63,895 bases of DNA from a virus: the IMG/VR virus record IMGVR_UViG_3300021256_000015, positions 1 to 63,895 of that record, one strand, 5' to 3'. Under the pieces are notes generated by a model. That model was given only the letters and a program-made list of their open reading frames with translations, had not been told where the DNA came from and did no database searches. This document shows, in pieces, positions 63,768-63,895 of this stretch (its first letter is position 1; every line of letters starts with the position of its first letter). A program made the position numbers and the translations under genes.

Positions 63768-63895
63768 AAACTATGAGCAGAGATATTTACGGTAAGAGAT
63801 TAAAGATTGAACGGCAAAGCAGGAATATCAGTTTAAGACAGCTTGCCGAATTGTCAGGAGTCAACAAAACGACAATCCAGCGCATTGAGAGCGGT
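63768..63895. repeat. Terminal overlap, copy 2 (repeats positions 1-~127, including the 5' part of the HTH gene)
   Basis: Base-for-base identical by eye to the window start. Confidence 0.9.

Larger units (their letters stand above)
1..63895. mobile_element. Complete temperate tailed-phage genome (siphovirus-like), host probably Bacteroidales
   Basis: Has terminase, portal, HK97-type protease and capsid, 1436-aa tape measure, lysis cassette, integrase plus CI-like repressor and a replication module. The window ends overlap. Confidence 0.9.

Overview
The window is one complete genome of a temperate tailed phage. The unit is about 63.77 kb, and the first ~127 nt recur at the window end, so the contig is circular or terminally redundant. 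TTG -33 / TAnnTTTG -7 promoter boxes, the integrase type and several domain families suggest a Bacteroidales host (inference). Nearly all genes are on the + strand. The exceptions are the lysogeny block (RHH gene, tyrosine integrase, membrane protein, CI-like repressor; 16.0-19.1 kb) and one moron (20.2-20.6 kb). Modules in order:
- tail/baseplate genes plus a 2290-aa fibre (0.36-10.2 kb)
- a complete diversity-generating retroelement, DGR (10.2-13.7 kb)
- lysis (13.8-16.0 kb) and lysogeny
- two non-coding, highly structured islands with three tRNA-shaped elements that have aberrant anticodon loops (19.6-20.1 and 21.3-22.0 kb)
- recombination/replication: ERF, nuclease, SSB, NinB-like, SNF2, VRR-NUC, an initiator with an internal iteron origin, DnaC-like (22.3-29.3 kb)
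- a ParB / methylase / glycosyltransferase-like cluster (29.6-36.0 kb)
- many small early genes
- a C5 methyltransferase with about six tandem TRD-like repeats, a MazG-like protein and an SDR epimerase
- packaging/head/tail (46.5-61.5 kb)
- a regulatory/accessory island with an ECF-type sigma factor that splits the tail module (61.5-63.7 kb plus 1-217)
The strongest finding is the DGR: all nine TR/VR mismatches fall on TR adenines. Other sequence-level findings:
- two promoter classes with rigidly spaced upstream boxes
- an 11-copy leader motif, AAGTCAAACCA, 15-17 nt before start codons
- GTGATGATGA tandem sites at three loci
- a five-gene run of embedded AGGAGG ribosome-binding sites
All functions are read by eye from motifs; no database search was run.
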